This document shows, in pieces, positions 21,953 through 35,130 of a DNA stretch of 35,543 nt; the stretch's first letter is position 1; every line of letters begins with the position of its first letter. A program made the position numbers and the translations under genes. The notes beneath the pieces were generated by a model. The model did not search any database and was not told where the DNA came from. It saw only the letters and a list, made by a program, of their open reading frames with translations. The stretch comes from Veleropilina oligotropha (Eukaryota): positions 1 to 35,543 of the forward strand of contig JBEUKZ010000044.1 in NCBI GenBank assembly GCA_048128005.1, given 5' to 3'.

Positions 21953-24107
21953 ATTGTCAATCTTCGACTACATTATTGATCATATCAGATCATATCATGA
22001 CAATATCACGTGGGCCGGTTCGGAAAATGAGGATTTTATCAGTTTTCAGCTGAATTCCGAAATATTTTCCAACATTCGATCAGACACTCAGTAAAAATCA
22101 TACATAGGCTACTCTGTCATTACAAGCACCACACCGTCCTCTTCGAACTTTTATTGCGTGGTGAGATACGGACCTCTCATCATTGTGAGATACGGACTTG
22201 GATACTTATTAACCAGAAATTTATTTTATTTCATTTTTACGACAAAAATATGTTTAAAATGCTGCTAAAATGTGGCCCTGCATGACTTTGCTGGATCTTT
22301 CCATCCGATCTCAATTAAATTGCTCGGGTGAGTTTGAGCATCTCCATGATGAAATGGGTTGACATGGTCTACTTATAATAGCCAATTTAATATATGCTTT
22401 CATGCATCTTTTCATTAAATGGCGGAATTGCTGTTGGAAAGCATGGGCAGTGAGATAATAACAGACAAGAAAATCGAAGCCTACATACCCTCGACATGCC
22501 GAGTTCACAATTCGAATTTTTTATTATATTCTTAAAATGACACCAAAGCTATCAAAATTTGTTCATTCAAATTATGAAGTTTAAACATGTGACCAATTAA
22601 ATCTCACCCTCTTTTGACAGTCATCTTGTTTAATGTAGATCCTCGATAATTCATGATGTCCATTGCATGGATCATATTTTGAATTACTTTCTTCGACAAA
22701 GAGTTTTGACGCTAGAACCGGAAATCTGTACCGTTAATTACTTCGCAAAATCCAAATTTGAATGCCGATTCCGATAATCTCCAAACAGGACCGAGCCAGA
22801 GTTACACACTATCAATATTAATTATGCATACATACGGGGCCAATTTCAAGGTCCTCTCTCCCCGGGAGGCGAGGGTATAAATGTATCGCAAATCAAGTCT
22901 TCATTTATACAACGAAAAAAACAAAATGATGTAAAATAGTAACGATGTTCACCACATCGGACATATTATTAGCGAAATAATACAGTTACTGGTATGACAA
23001 ACAATAAGTAAATTTATTCAAATAAACAACATTTGCAACGGTCAGACCACATACATATTGACATGATACTCTAACAGACGGAGCCAACGGCCCAATGAAT
23101 CATATGGTAGCATGGTAACGGAAGGACGCCGGTATTTGCAAAGTTCCAATGATTACGTCACAGCGGAGATCAAAACGGTCAGATCGATTAACAATTTGAA
23201 TTAATGCAGTAGACCTAGCTGTCATATCTGCAGCATCACGTGGCATGCACCGTGCTATGGAATGGGCTTCTGCGACCAGAATACATGTTCACAGCATCTG
23301 ACATATTTTGTTGAAATAATAAAAGTATTATGCGCATTTCGCATAGCATCTGGTATGATCAGAAGTAAGTACATTTATTCAAATAAACAAAAGTGCAACG
23401 ATAAGACAGATAAAAAGAAGCACATACACAATGATATGATACTGTAACAGATGAAACCATGCCAAAGGTGTCATAGGGCTAATATGGTTTAATGACAATG
23501 TCAAACATATACATATACATTTAATCAAATCGATTAAGAACTTTTGAATGTAGAGCGCGAACATGAAATATGTGGGGCGGATGGACAAAGACTAAATCAT
23601 ACTATCCATGATTAATGTCCGGGATATAATGAAATACATGTGACAACAATAGTTGCTCAGGAGATTTGTATTTCTTTATGATATTCTTGTGGCGACCATC
23701 CTGGAATAATAACTTTGGCCATGGGATACATACAGTCTGTTTGATATTAGTATGATCAAGGAACTCATTGGTTGGTGTCAACGACGAAGAAATAAGCATA
23801 AGCATATAATTTCACAAATTGTCGCCTAAGTGCTGTACCTGTAGTCAAGACTACAAGCCTAGGCAAGGCTGACAGAGACGTACCTGACCGATATTCGGTG
23901 TACAATTCAGCAAATATATACAGTTGAACATGTACAAGACGGATGGACGGATGCACTTCTTTGTTGCGAGGGATAATAAAATATAAATATGAAGCATTAA
24001 GCATTTCTTCGGTGGGCAGTAACATAAGAAATCAAGAATTATTTAGGATTGCACGTGAATATTTCTAGCTGTATGTACCCTGCATAACCGTCTCTGGTCT
24101 TTATTTC

Positions 24108-24161
24108 TCATTCGAGTCGGTGGAAATGCCTCGTGCATACCACATTTTTGCTGTGCATCTT
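24108..24161 (-). CDS. FABP: FABP exon 4 (KMHSKNVVCTRHFHRLE*)
   Basis: TTTCTTTTTAG acceptor; typical VVCTRxF C-terminal strand; TGA stop. Confidence 0.88.
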   Translation of the reverse strand, partial: KMHSKNVVCTRHFHRLE

Positions 24162-27100
24162 CTAAAAAGAAATCAGAGATCATTGACAAACTTTTGGGTA
24201 CGTTCTAATATAGGATGCATTCACAGATGTATGTTTGCGGGAATACCTGATCATTAAAGCACATGTCTATGTCTACCTGGGCGGTGTCTGCCAATCAGAT
24301 CTCGCCTATATTGGAAAGTTTAAATAACATTCAGGCAGTTATATGGAAATCGACTGTCACATTGATAAAACAATCAGCTTCTGGCAAAAAATGGTGCAAA
24401 GATTTTTTTAACGGTGAATGCTACACCAAGTGATATTGTTCTGATCAAACGTTCGAAAACAACACTTTTTTACAAATGAAATAGCTAATCGTGTATACGT
24501 AGTTGTTTTACATATTTTCATAATGTTGCTGGACCGCATCTTTAGTCCAGGAATGTGACCGTGGCCCTTCAATTTACTCGTTTGCCTACAGTCTACTGTG
24601 TGTAACGGGAGCGGGTTCGAGTCCTCGGTTGGACACGTTGTACAGTCACAGTTGTCCATATCTGGTAGGTGATGCGCCTTCCTTACGAGACAATATGGAC
24701 ATGTCCTGGCTTCAACATGATGGTTGTTAAAACAGTTCAGTAATCATCGATTCAAACAAAATCATAGTATACTCGTTGTGTATTATGTCATGACGTCAGG
24801 TGATACTACAATATTGATACTTTTTAAATGACACATATCATATTGTCAGACAAAAATCTAGCTATTACTTGTTTTTAATATAGGGATTTCTTTCAATGTA
24901 CCATATAATATTCATATAGTTCAACGGCGACTCCAAAAGCATTATCAAAACAAGAGCAATCAGAGGAGATTGCAAACCCTCGCCCGGGGCCAAGGAAGAC
25001 GACGGCGAAAGGCAGAATTAAATAATTCTGAACATGAATTACAATCATAAAATGTGATGATAAATCATAACAAAATTCAAGTAATAATAACAAAACTTTA
25101 AAAAAAATGGAAGTAACGAGATTTGAACCACAGACCTCATGATTAATCGACGACACCTTAACCGTTTGCGCTGTTCGTAGATATCTAAATATGGCTGCGA
25201 TTGTAGGCTATATATACTTGGTGTTCGAAATTGACCCCCTATTTTTAAAGTTTACAATCCCCCTGGCGGCCATCTTGTGTGATGTAGATCCTATATAATT
25301 CATCATGTCATTGTCCCGTAATCTAAATAAAATTTTGAGCCTAATTTGAAGTTTGTACGACGAAGTGTTTTAACGCTACTGACGAAAATCTGTAGACCGC
25401 ATATTGCGTCATAAAATTCGGACCCGGTTGCCAATCCAGACCATCTTCGAAGAGGACCGAGCCACGGAAACACCATCTCTTGTGTGAAAATTACAAGTAA
25501 ATCGGATCGATGGTTTTCGTGTTAGGGGAATGGGCATACATACATACTGACATACATACATACACACGGAACCGATTGCAAAACAACTATAACCAAGAGC
25601 AATCAGAGGAGATTGCAAACCCTCGCCACGGGGCCAAGGAAGACGATGGTGAAAGTCAGAAATGTTTACAATCAATATTTCTAAACATTACAATCATAAA
25701 ATATCCAGGAAAGGTTGATTACCGTATCAATGCTTAGCGGTGTAAATTATATCACATTATTAGCATTAAATTTAAATAAAAATATAAAAAAATATCGTAC
25801 CCCGGAACTCCAGATCTTTCCCCAACGACCTAACCGTTTACGCCATACAGACAGTCGAATTACACCCGCCAATTAGGCTATTTATATTAGGTGTTACATT
25901 TTTGTGTTTGCAAAATTTGCCGAAGTTGACAATACTTAACTCGCAATAACTCATTAGTTACTAAAGCGATATACCTGAAATTTTCAAGATAGATTACGGT
26001 AACCTTCCTTAATGGTGTAAATTATATCGCGGCGTTAGCAGTATTTAACGAGCTATCACAAATATCGCAACGTCTCGACAATTTTGACTTCGGAACAATA
26101 ATTATTGCTACAAATGAGCTCAAACACATATAGTATATCGATAAGAGTTGTAGATAATGTCCCACTCTGTCACTTGGCCAAATTTGAGGTGTCTGGTTTC
26201 AGTGGTTACATAATTACGGCATTTATTTGCAATTTGCGTTTTTTGATTTCTAAAATGCTTATAAAGTTCACATTTCACATTATTTTCTAAATATTTTTGC
26301 TGATATCAATATCATTTAATCATGACTATGATTTGCATAACGAATTTACCTAATTTAATTCGATTTGGCGAAATTACAAATTGACCCCCTATTTTTCAAA
26401 TTTTAAATCCCCCTGGCGGCCATCTTGTGTGAGATAGATTCTATATATAAGGGATGTTGTCATTGATTCCTGATCTAACGAACATTTTGAGGAGGACCGA
26501 GCCAGGGAGAAACCATACCTTGTGTAAACATTTCAAGTAAATCGGATCAATAGTTTTCGAGTTATGCGAATGGACATACATATATATGCATACAAACATA
26601 CAACCATATGGACATACATACATACATACGGAACCGATTGCAATACCCTCGCATCTCCTCCGGAGGCGAGGGTAGTGACTCATACGAAGGTTAATTTACA
26701 AGCTGTTGATCTTGCCTACGGGTTAAATACAATTATTATTTTATATTGTGACAGATAGGAGATATGTAGGTATAATTATGTTTGACACAAACGTTTGATT
26801 GATCTCGATGAAACGGCACAAAATCGCAAAATATATTGGAGTGAATATGACATTAAAAATAGATGGTCACACTGTCACCATACAGCTAGCTCGATGCGCT
26901 TCTTTCAAAATTTAATATAAGCTGACCTTTGGTTGATTGTGTTCATATATATAATACTTTATCAATAATACATATATAATATGCATCAATTATTTGTTTG
27001 ATTTGCTTTGAATTTTGTTTCGAACATTACCTCATAATTTGAACCCTGACCAGTTGATCATAGTGCCGGGATTTTAGACACTGAATACAGTATGATCTTG

Positions 27101-30100
27101 TTATGGCAACATTTACTGCCATTACAAGATACCATTGGAATGAACCAACGGGAAGCCAATTTTAAAAATCCATTTAATTTCCGATTTTGATAATCTCAAC
27201 TTCACAGATTGACCATTAAGCCTTACAGCTTACTATGCCTATTGACAGTGAGCCAGTCTTACTGATAAGCATATGTTTGTCATTTACCATTGTACATGTG
27301 CACACATATTATTTATATAAGTTTATATAAAGCAAACTAAACTAACTCTTCTAAAATTCAATACTTCAAGGCATATCGGCAGCTCCGATAGTCGTGTGGT
27401 CTCGAACAGTAGTGGGTTCGAACCTTGGTTGAAACATGACATTATTTGTTCAGGTTATGAGTCACAGTTGTCCGTAACTGGTCGGAGAAGGCGAGTGTCC
27501 ATATTAGAAATTAGGGTCAATGCTTGAGATTAAAGTAGAAGACTTAAATATTTTTCTTAACACAACACTGGAGACGCCGACGTACGAGCTTCTGATGACA
27601 ATATCTCTACTGTTCTTCGAACAGGTGATCTAAAAATGAGACAAATGTGACAACAACCACAAATGTCGTAAGCGGGACATTGTGGTTAACGTGCGCATGT
27701 CGTATGCGGGACATTCTTGTTAAAGTTCGCTTGTCGAATGAGGGGGACATTGCGGTTAAGTTAACGTTCGCATGTTGTATGTGGGACATTGTGGTTAATG
27801 TTCGCATGTTGTATGCGGGAGAATGTAGCTAACGTTCGCATGTCGTATGCGGGACATTTTGGTCAACGTTCCCGTGCCGTATGTGGGACATTGTGGTTAG
27901 CGTTCGTATGTCGTATGCGGAATGTTGTGGTTAACGTTCGCATGCCGTAAGCGGGACATCGTGGTTAACGTTCGCATGTCGTTTTCGTGACATTGTGGTT
28001 AACGTTCGCGTGTCGTATGCCGACATTTTTGGTTAACGTTCGTGTGTCGTATGCGAGACCTTTTGGTTAACGTTCGCGTGTCGTATGCGGCACATTGTGG
28101 TAACGTTCACATGTTGTTTGCTGGACATTGTGGTTAACGTTCGTACGTCGTATGCGGGAAATTATGTTTTTTTTATAACGTTTGTGTGTCGTATGTGGGA
28201 CATTGTCATTAACGTTCGCATGTCGTATGCGGGACATTGTGGTTAACGTTAGCATGTCGTATGCGGAACTGTCAACATCGTGGTTAACGTTCGCATGTCG
28301 CATGCGGGACATTTTTATTAACGTTCGCATGCCGTATGCGGGACATCGTGGTTAACGTTCGCGCGTCGTATGCGGGGTTTTTGGTTAACATTTGGTTAAC
28401 GTTCGTATGTCGTATGCGGGAAATTGTGGTTAACGTTCACATGTCGTATGCGGGACATTGTGGCTAACGTTTCCATGTCGTATGCGGGACATTGTGGTTA
28501 ACGTTCACATGTCGTATGCGTGACAGTGTGGTTAACGTTCGTATGTCGAATGCCGGAAATTGTGGTTAACTTTACCATGTTGTATGCGGGACATTGTGGT
28601 TAACGTTCACATGTCGTATACGGGACATTGTAGTTAACGTTCGCATGTCGTATGCGGGACATTGTGGTTAACGTTCCCATGTCGTATACGGGACATTGTG
28701 GTTAACGTTCGCATGTCGTATGGGGGGCATCGTGGTTAACGTTCGCATGTCGTATGCGGGATGTTGTGGTTACCGTTCGCATGTCGTATGCGGGGGATCG
28801 TGGATAACGGTCGCATGCTGAATGCGGAACATTGTGGTTAACGTTCTTATGTCGCGTGCGGAATATTGTGGTTAGCATTCGCATGTCGTATGAGGGACAT
28901 TGTGGTTAGCGTTCGCCGTATGCGGGACATCGTGGTTAGCGTTCGCATGCCGTATGCGGGACATTGTGGTTAACGTTCGCATGTTGTATGCGTGACATTG
29001 TGGTTAACATTCGTATGTCGCGTGCGTGATATTGTGGTTAACGTTCGCATGTTGTATGCGTGACATTGTGGTTAATATTCGTATGTCGCGTGAGGGATAT
29101 TGTAGTTAGTGTTTGCATGTCGTATAAGGGACATTGTGGTTAACGTTAGCATGTCGTATAAGGGATATTGTGGTCAATGCTCGCATGTCGTATGAGGGAC
29201 ATTCTGGTTAACGTTCGCATGTCGTATAAGGGGCATTGTGTTTAACGTTCGCATGTCGTATGAGGGACATTGTGGTTAGTGTTCGCATGTCGTATAAGGG
29301 ACATTGTGGTTAACGTTCTCATGTCGTATAAGGGACATTGTGGTTGACGTTCGCACACTCTTATAACGGTTTTAACCTATGCAGACGCACCCCACGTTCC
29401 TTATATAAAAACAGCCATCGATGGCTGAATAGAACAGAAAAAACTGTAAGTAGAACGGTACGATGCGGCTCGATTCACGCAAAAATCGTCACTTATTCTA
29501 ACGTTTAACACTATTAGAAGTGATGGCTTTATATCCATTACCTGTCTTTCGAAAGGCGACGCTAAATCTTGGTTTCTGCTACAGATACGACTGAAAAATT
29601 ATCAAAATCTTGTCGTAAAACTAAACGGATTCACATCAAATCACACAAATCCTTATGTAAGGGGTCACGTACCATAACCAGTTCACCATTCACTATCTCC
29701 CTGGTCATGAGACCGGCGACAGAGCCAGCACCATCCTCAAACTTTCGCAAAATCAGCTTCCCGTCTTCAACAATAGCCGTACACTGCAAATAGATGGCGG
29801 AGAAATGACCAAAACGTTATTTGCGTAATTATGGAAGATAATCACCACCAAATTTATATTCGCTTAAGTTTGTTCTTTCTAGTTTGAAATGTTATTCAAA
29901 GCAAAGTTTTTTTTTTTGTCCTTCCATTTTATCATATATCACTTGCTGCCTTATGTACATCAATTAATTTTCATACATACCATGGGCTCTGTTATGTGAA
30001 CAAAGGCCTCCTAGTGTTAATTGACCCATTAATTCCAGACAATAGCTAGCCCGGCTAGCTGGTCAGATTAAATTGAGTGACAATAGATTGACAAGATGCC

Positions 30101-33100
30101 AATGAAAGAATCGAGTCTCAATTGCCCACCATATGATATCACCTTCTAGAGCATGAAACATATAATACAGCGCCACCTCTCGGCGTTATAAGCTTAACAT
30201 CTTCGCTGGGCTTACAACGCTCAGGCTGAGAGATGTCATTTATTTGTCAATACACACCATGGGCTCAGTTACGTGAACAATAGGCCTCCTAGTGTTAATT
30301 GACCCATTGATTCCAGACAATGGCTAGCTCGACTAGCTGGCCAGACTAAATTGAGAGACAATGTATTTGACAAGTTGCCAATGGAAGAGTCGACCCTCGA
30401 TTGTCCACCATATCGCCTTCTAGAGCATGATATGAGTGTTTTAAAGGTTACAGCTTGCAATTTACAATATATTTCCGCGGTGTGTATAACAGATAGCACA
30501 GCTGCCACTCCTCGGCGTTATAAGCTTAACAGCCTCGCCGTGTCTCGGTCTGTTAATTGCTTATAAACCCGTAGAGGCGATATAAGATGTTTGATGGCGT
30601 TGATATCACTCTTTTCCTCCCTGATTTGCTAACGGGATTTATAACAAATAATACACTGATGATACACTGCGTGATATCACCATCAAATCTCGCATACGCC
30701 TCGATCTAATAGTGATATCACACCTCGACTATCAGTGTATTATTTAGTATATAACGCTCAGGCTGACAGTGTACTAGTATTATATATTACATATTGCTCT
30801 GGAATATTTTGTCTTGTATGTCTTCCGGACGGCCAGAGTCACGTTTGGAGGTTATGCTCACCTATAAATTTCCAAAAAGATTTCTTATTATTACACAATG
30901 CGCAATTATTAATCGATGTCGATGCACATCGCCTCATGTCGTTTTAATGAAGAACTACATTATTTGTATTTCTTTTTCTCTGGCTTAATTAGTCGTTTAC
31001 TAGTCCACTCGAGGACAAAAATTGTATCATAATATGGAAGAAGACAATATTAGAAATGTGCATATAACGAACTGCATATCCATAGAAACACGTGTATTAA
31101 AATGAATTTATTTTGATACATGTATATTAAAGTCGCTGCGAAATATAGCACTGGGTTTTCAAAACTTATGTAAAATAGTATAAAAATGACCGAAATTGCT
31201 TAGAACCGGAATCATGTCATACCAGAGAAAGGAAAAGGAAAGGATCGATGCTTAATATCCTGTATATTTTCATATAATAGCAGGACAGGCCGCTTCGACA
31301 GTCGTGTGGTTTCGGTTGTGGACTCCGATAATTCACTGATATGATTTCGCTGACGCGAACAGTGTTCGCGTCAACAGTAGTGGCTTCAAACCTCGGCAAG
31401 GACATCACACATTTGTTCAAGTTATGAATCACAGTTGTCTGTAACTGGTCTGAGAGGGCGGGCTTCCCCGGGCGATCGGGCTTGCCTCCCGTGATAATTT
31501 GGACATGTCCTGCTTTGAACCAAATGATGGTTGGAAATATACAGGACATTAAGCATCGATCCTTTCCTTTCAAACCAGGACATGCCCATATTATCGCGGG
31601 AGGAAAGCTCGGTCGCCCGGGGAAACTCGACCTCTCTAACCAGTTACGGATAACTGTGATTCATAAATTGAACAAATAATGGCATGTTCCAACCGAGATT
31701 CGAACTCACTACTGTTAGATAGATAGATAGATATTTATTTTCCATTTTACAGAAGGGTTTTACAAAATTTAATCCAATACAATAAATATATAGTAAAAAT
31801 GAAAGGACGACACTTGAGTCAAAATTGACTGTTCCGTTTGGTAGTGTCGCCCCTTTACACTCTAACATAATAATTAATATCTAAACGTTAATGCATGCGT
31901 GGTTTTGGTTGTAGTGATGGAGCTATGTAGGATAAACTACCTGCTGTAGTTTGATGATTTTGCTGGTTTTGCTGGAGATTAATATGATATTAATATTTCT
32001 TTGATAATTCTACGTGCAAACGATTTCAATGATAATGAATTTTTATCGATAAATTTCCCCACAAAGACTGTTCGTGTCAGCGGAATCAAGTCAGTATTTT
32101 TCGGAGTCTGAAACCAAAATGTCATATAAGAGATGCTGATATGAAAACAAAGCTCTTCATTGCCGACGTATTATTGGATCGGTGGTTTGTATGGCTATGA
32201 CGTAATTATGATTATCATAGTTACTCTTCATCGAAAAGAGATAATTCAAATACACTCAAAAGCTTGATTTGGTCAAAACTTCTAAAATATTAGCCCAATA
32301 TAATATTTACTTATAGCTAGAGTTCTGTATTATAAAACGTACCAGAAGTTATTATAATTAATACAATTTTTTAAAAGAAATCCATCTTGATTATAACAGT
32401 TTGTGTTGGTGGTTATTTAACATAATATATTGGTTTGTTCCAATTTTATTTAAAACAATTTATTAAAAGAAATCCAACAATACCACCTTTTGGCCCACGA
32501 TTGCTTTACTTTGGTTGATATTCTGTTAGGAGCAGATATATCTTATTCACACGAAGTTCCTGTAAACTCTCACCATTTGCTTAGTTCCGTCTGGTTGTTC
32601 GTCTTCAAACGGCTCTTCCAATTTGAATGTCGAGTCCTTTGTCTTGGGACCCATTGCCATTATCACGCGTATAGAGTCGCCCTCTATCGTCAGCGTCTGA
32701 ACTTGTTTAAATTGCGCAGCAATTTTTCGCACAGCAAATCCTTTACCTGCATAACATAACAAGATACACGGTAACATTGTGCATTTAATTAATAAATACG
32801 GCGTATCTAATTGAACACGTTTGGTTTTATTTGGGTCAATGCTTAAAGTTTCGTTTTAACAACCTTCAGGTTCATACCAAGACGTGACCATATTATCGCG
32901 GGAGGAAAGTCGCTTGCATGTAAACCCACATTTTACAATAATAATTTGCAATGTAATTTCCTTCATAAATTTGCATCCGTAGAGCGTTTTACTACGTTAT
33001 TAACTTTTAATCAGCGTTGCTCAAATCCACAATAAGGAAAGGTAAAACAAAGCCTGTAAATATTATATCCCATGTCCTTGTTACTACCACTTTGATAGAA

Positions 33101-33837
33101 TAGTGACAACCAATATGACGGATGTTATTAATATTGTGTGGACTATGGCCCGTCGGAATAGCATGTTACTGACTAATGAACATATAGATTATGAATGCAA
33201 GTGCGTATTTGAGCGTGTCTGTTCGTGTGTACATGTGCGTACATATTATTCAAGTTTCGTCTAGGTCGCTGGACTTTGGTTTCTAACGACGCATACAGAT
33301 ACTGTTTGCGTAATCGATATTTCCCTTTAAACTGCGCCTATATAATACTATATAGCATATATGAGTGTGGTGTGTGTTATGCAAGATTTATTTATAGTCG
33401 CTGCCCATTGCCTGTTAACAAGATGACATGCCGGTATTCATCGATTTTTTCATTGCACGAAATATGCTGACTCATACTATTTACGTAATCAATATCTGGT
33501 ACAGTAAATGATAATGTGTAATAAATGATAATATTACACTAACCATAGTACATTAGTAGCACATCAGACCGATTACTTAACCTTTGACGGTGGGGATGAT
33601 GCATGAATACGCGTAGTGCACGCCAGCGTAAACCGTTACGGCTGACCTGTTTCTTTAGCATATTGAATACTCGTATATATATCAGCGATCGGTTCGTCCG
33701 GGGAATTATCTATGCACCTGTGAGATCATAGTAACGGTTGTGATTTCTCACAACTTACCTTGATCCTTAAGAAATTCATCGAAGTTTTCACTTCTGTCCA
33801 ATTTCCACTTTCCCGTGAGTGTTTGAACCACGTCCAT
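24108..33837 (-). CDS. FABP: Fatty acid-binding protein (intracellular lipid-binding protein family), 138 aa, 4 exons: join(33837-33759,32746-32574,29783-29673,24161-24108)
   Basis: GKWKLDRSENFDEFLK signature, TFKLEEPF, TREI, VVCTRHF; GT-AG introns with phases 1,0,0 and a 173-nt exon 2, as in the canonical iLBP gene structure; 417 nt. Confidence 0.93.
24560..24750 (+). mobile_element. Diverged SINE copy
   Basis: GGGTTCGAGTCC B box, TCACAGTTGTCC, ACAATATGGACATGTCCTG shared with the SINE family. Confidence 0.65.
24949..26676 (-). mobile_element. Two head-to-tail HINE-like family B elements (24949-25585, 25591-26676) in FABP intron 3
   Basis: Repeated CAAGAGCAATCAGAGGAGATTGCAAACCCTCGCC end, AATCCCCCTGGCGGCCATCTTGTGTGA block, (TACA)n microsatellite and ACGGAACCGATTGCAA. 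Confidence 0.75.
27377..27500 (+). mobile_element. Truncated SINE copy
   Basis: CGAACAGTAGTGGGTTCGAACC...TTATGAGTCACAGTTGTCCGTAACTGGTCGGAGA. Confidence 0.75.
27663..29354. repeat. 34-bp minisatellite (ATGTCGTATGCGGGACATTGTGGTTAACGTTCGC), about 50 units, in FABP intron 3
   Basis: Contiguous units with point variants; no unique spacers. Confidence 0.95.
29673..29783 (-). CDS. FABP: FABP exon 3
   Basis: TATTTGCAG acceptor, ATG|GTACGT donor; CTAIVEDGKLILRKFEDGAGSVAGLMTREIVNGELVM. Confidence 0.92.
29978..30770. repeat. Diverged ~280-bp direct duplication (from ~29978 and ~30256); the second copy carries a ~210-bp hairpin-rich insertion
   Basis: ACCATGGGCTC...GGCCTCCTAGTGTTAATTGACCCATT...CTCGGCGTTATAAGCTTAACA twice; AACGCTCAGGCTGA resumes at ~30753. 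Confidence 0.8.
31288..31571 (+). mobile_element. Full-length SINE copy (TTTCC-tail subfamily)
   Basis: GGCCGCTTCG start, same core and ATATACAGGACATTAAGCATC 3' end. Confidence 0.85.
31717..32066 (-). mobile_element. CR1-like LINE 3' end fragment with (TATC)n tail and 6-bp TSD
   Basis: Minus strand ends GAAAATAAA-TATCTATCTATCTATCT; UTR stem AAAGGGGCGACACT/AGTGTCGTCCTTT; ACTGTT at 31711-31716 and 32067-32072. Confidence 0.6.
32574..32746 (-). CDS. FABP: FABP exon 2 (173 nt)
   Basis: TATGCAG acceptor, ATG|GTGAGA donor; GKGFAVRKIAAQFKQ...TFKLEEPFEDEQPDGTKQM. Confidence 0.93.
33759..33837 (-). CDS. FABP: FABP exon 1
   Basis: MDVVQTLTGKWKLDRSENFDEFLKDQ-G; donor AAG|GTAAGT. Confidence 0.93.
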
Positions 33838-34053
33838 ATTGTGTGTTGACTGATAAAGGACTAATTATGCAATTTTATCTTTCATGCGACAGGTACCTAG
33901 GCCAAGCCGTTCAGCCTATTAGTATGAAATGAAATCGAGGCTGTCAGTAGTACATATAAAGCGCAATTATAAATAAATAGTTAAAACGTCGGAAACTTTA
34001 ACCACAGACTGTGCTTGCATGCCAGGTAAATATAATAGATGCATATATAAATA

Positions 34054-34209
<156 letters not shown>

Positions 34210-34945
34210 AGCAACAAATGCGGCTATGAAAAGAACTAATGTCGCTTTTATTTCAATATTATATTGTCCAACAAACTCTCAAAAAACATTAAACAAGCGT
34301 GAAGGTTGTATTGTGTGTCGATTTCGTATCCTGGCAGTTTGAAGCGACGTACTTGTCGTCTGCTGCCGACTATAATTCTTCAGCGTACATATACAACATC
34401 AGAATCATGACAAATTTGACGGCTTTGTATACGGTAACAAATATAAACACGTTTTTATATTAATTTTATATAAATACAACGTTAGTATGTTAATTTCCAT
34501 CTAAAATCAGTTCGAATCGACGTTAACATGGCGGCCATTAATGAAATGAAATGGACACCTACTATTGTGAATAGCGGAAACTAATTGCAAACTTTTATCA
34601 TGTACATTGAATTTTGTATGCTATGACTTTCGGGATTTAAACGATCTTACCTGGATGTCTGCTCCTATTATTTAAACTAAATATTGGTCGTTATTTGCAG
34701 TATTTTCCCTTGACCTTGGCCATGTTTTTCTGATCGGGTAATCGCAAATAGTAAAAAATAGGCCTGTGTACACAATGGAAAATGACCTTTTGTGACACGC
34801 TCTACCATTGGCTGTTATTTTGATTCATTGATTAAATTAACCAATCAAATCAATCAAAAATTTGAAAGTCGTTATAAACAGTATGTATTATCGTTTTTAA
34901 TACACACTTTGGCGCTATGTAAAAAGACCCGGATATGTGATAAAA

Positions 34946-35053
<108 letters not shown>

Positions 35054-35130
35054 ATAATGTGAAGATTTATCTGCGCTTTCCCACACATAAGAGATGGGTG
35101 CTCAAAGCGCTTACATTATTGTTATGTATA

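Larger units (their letters stand above)
31227..32120 (-). mobile_element. SINE copy interrupted by a sister SINE (31288-31571) and a LINE 3' fragment (31717-32066)
   Basis: Tail, core and head segments resume across both insertions; short duplications CAGGACA and ACTGTT at the junctions. Confidence 0.75.

Noticed and set aside
25109..25178. Functional tRNA gene
   Set aside because: A and B boxes are present but the acceptor and T stems pair poorly, and it is embedded in a repeat; the same applies to ~410-490 and the SINE heads
27504..27629. Candidate FABP terminal exon
   Set aside because: 24161-24108 (VVCTRHF, expected length) fits much better; kept only as a possible alternative
27663..29354. 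34-bp repeat array as CRISPR
   Set aside because: Contiguous units with no unique spacers, no cas genes, and it lies in a eukaryotic intron
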